DNA of 64,000 bases from an uncultured Chloroflexia bacterium (GTDB lineage Bacteria; Chloroflexota; Limnocylindria; Limnocylindrales; CSP1-4), in NCBI GenBank assembly GCA_963712745.1, contig CAVQJC010000020.1:596467-660466 (forward strand), given 5' to 3'. The notes under the pieces are model-generated. The model had not been told where the DNA came from, did not search any database, and worked only from the letters and a program-made list of their open reading frames with translations. Below, piece after piece: positions 62,415 to 64,000 of the stretch. The translations under genes and the position numbers were made by a program. How positions within the stretch are numbered: position 1 is the first letter of the stretch; each line of letters begins with the position of its first letter.

Positions 62415-63193
62415 TCAGTCAGCCGTCGGGGCCGCTAGCGGTCCGTAGGGCGGGAGTTCGCCCTCGTAGAGCACCCCGGTCCAGTCGAAGTCACCGTCGG
62501 ACTCCGGGTCGATGCTCGACGCGACGAACTGCCAGCCCTCGTAGGCACCAGCGCCGCTGAGGACGAGGAAGTTCTGCGTAGGTTCAGGTTCTTCACCCCA
62601 CATGATATACACGTGACCGGTCCAGCTGCCCTCTGGTCCCTCGTGCGTCGATGGCCACCATTCGAACGCATCGTCGCCTACGGCTGGGGTGATTCCCCCG
62701 CCATAGCCATAGTGGATAGTCGACGCGCCCGTCAGGCGCGGGTCGCTGGCGGTCCAGGTACAGACGGGAAAATCACAGGTCTGGGTCACGGTCACCTCGA
62801 CGCCGGGCAGGAACGCGGACTGGGCCCCCGGGACACTGTCCCCCTGCTGGCCGAATGGCTGGGCGATGAGGAAGGTGCCGCCGATGGCGAAGACGAGGGC
62901 ACCTACGGTGATGGCCTTGACTGGGCTGAACATGGTTTGGGTCCTCCCGATGACGGTAGGGGCATGGCCGTTGGTGGCCGGGATGGGGCTGGGCTGGTAG
63001 TCGGTCATGCCGGTGGCCGTGAGTTCGTGGGCCTTCCGGTCGAACAGCGGGAACGGGCCACCAGCGACCTGCTGGCGGGTCTGCGGCACGCTGCGCCATG
63101 ACCCGGGCGACACCGGCTTGAACGTCCCTCGGAACGACTCTCGCGGTCCCGGTACCACGTATCGAGGAGGGACTGCATCTGCTCGTCGTTCAT
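62415..63193 (-). CDS. Putative membrane anti-sigma factor (frameshifted N-terminus)
   Basis: MNDEQMQSLL ... RWWP, TM MFSPVKAITVGALVFAIGG, outer domain with SDPRLTG. Confidence 0.72.
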
Positions 63194-63755
63194 CGCAGGG
63201 CCTCCTGCCGGTCGCGTGGTCGGGGATCACCGTGCGGGCATCCGCCTCTAGCGCAGCACGCATCGCCTTCGTGGCCGCCCGCAAGCGGGAGTAGACCGTC
63301 GAGCGCGGGATAGCCCAGCGTGTCCGCTATCTCCTCCGGGGTCATGCCCAGCAGGTGGCGCAGGGCGAGGACCACACGATGGTCCATCGACAGACGCCGG
63401 AAGCCCCGCTCCAACTGGTCGCGATCAGCGACGCCACCGTAGGCATCGGCTGCCCGTGGTTCGTCAGCGGGCGAGAGGTCGTCGCTGGACGTCCACTCCG
63501 GCTGTCGCTTGGCTTCGGCATAGCAGACCCGCGACGAGCAGCCGGTACGACCAGCCTCGTACTTGGCCGGGTCCGCAGACGTCGGATGTCACGCCAGATG
63601 TCGAGGAGCGCCTGTTGGGTCGACGTCCTCGGCCGAAGGGTGGTCGCCCATCACGCCGTAGGCCACTCGGAACAACCGGGGTAGTCGGCGGTCGCCAGCG
63701 CCTCGAAGGCACGCTGGTCGCCATCCTGAACCCGAACCACGAGGTCTTGGTCCAT
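63190..63755 (-). CDS. ECF RNA polymerase sigma factor (several frameshifts)
   Basis: MDQDLVVRVQDGDQRAFEALA, GWSYRLLV, ERGFRRLSMDHRVVLALRH ... EEIADTLG, spread over different frames. Confidence 0.8.
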
Positions 63756-63959
63756 GCCCCCACATCCCTTTGGCCGACGATCGTCTCTGGCCACCGGAGG
63801 GGACCGAGTCACATCCGGTCCTCTATAGGGTACGGGGCCTACCACATGCAGGATTGCGAGATTCGGTCCTCGCTGCGGACGACCACGAGCGTTGTGGCAC
63901 GCCAGTTCGACGCACCACGGATGCAGGCAGAGTGTCACCACAAGCGTGAAATGAGGGTT

Positions 63960-64000
63960 TGGAGCGGGAGACGGGACTCGAACCCGCGACATTCTGCTTG
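63960..64000 (-). tRNA. 3' end of tRNA-Gly (site E): either the intact tRNA-Gly(CCC) gene or another att-like copy; cut by window edge
   Basis: 41 nt identical to sites C/D, including the T-arm GGTTCGAGTCC and the CCA end; 5' half not visible. Confidence 0.6.

Larger units (their letters stand above)
53570..64000 (-). mobile_element. Tandem array of small integrase-less cassettes delimited by tRNA-Gly 3'-half att-like sites
   Basis: Five same-orientation tRNA halves spaced 1275, 2904, 1948 and 1747 bp apart; conserved arm in the four fully visible sites; no integrase in the window; left boundary uncertain. Confidence 0.7.

Noticed and set aside
54442-63193. Diversity-generating retroelement acting on the anti-sigma domains
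   Set aside because: No reverse transcriptase, and no template/variable repeat pair differing only at adenines; divergence is broad.
53570-64000. Classical integron (attC sites) or prophage
   Set aside because: No intI, no recognisable RYYYAAC ... GTTRRRY attC hairpins and no phage genes; the boundaries are tRNA-derived.

Overview
High-GC bacterial chromosomal window. The gene content is reminiscent of Chloroflexota such as Limnocylindria, but this is an inference. Many genes carry single-base frameshifts, most likely long-read or assembly errors. From left to right the window holds: a Tad pseudopilin cluster; four tandem GT87 glycosyltransferases with an aspartyl protease; SRAP and HipBA; a surface-polysaccharide locus whose initiating sugar transferase has a diverged tandem duplication of its catalytic domain; a DUF1778/GNAT toxin-antitoxin pair; an O-antigen ligase; housekeeping genes; two inverted ~50-52 bp repeat arrays; an MttB-family methyltransferase; a sulfatase; and a nucleotidyltransferase toxin-antitoxin-like pair. 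The most striking feature is the right-hand ~11 kb. It contains five spaced copies of the 3' half of tRNA-Gly(CCC). In the four copies fully visible, tRNA identity starts exactly at the anticodon loop and the copy is fused to a conserved non-tRNA arm with three GAGCG repeats at a 14-bp period. These sites delimit integrase-less 1.3-2.9 kb cassettes, which mostly carry ECF sigma / membrane anti-sigma pairs with constant N-termini and variable outer domains; one cassette carries a heliorhodopsin. The sites decay progressively from right to left. This looks like a polarised, integron-like cassette array that uses a tRNA as its attachment site.
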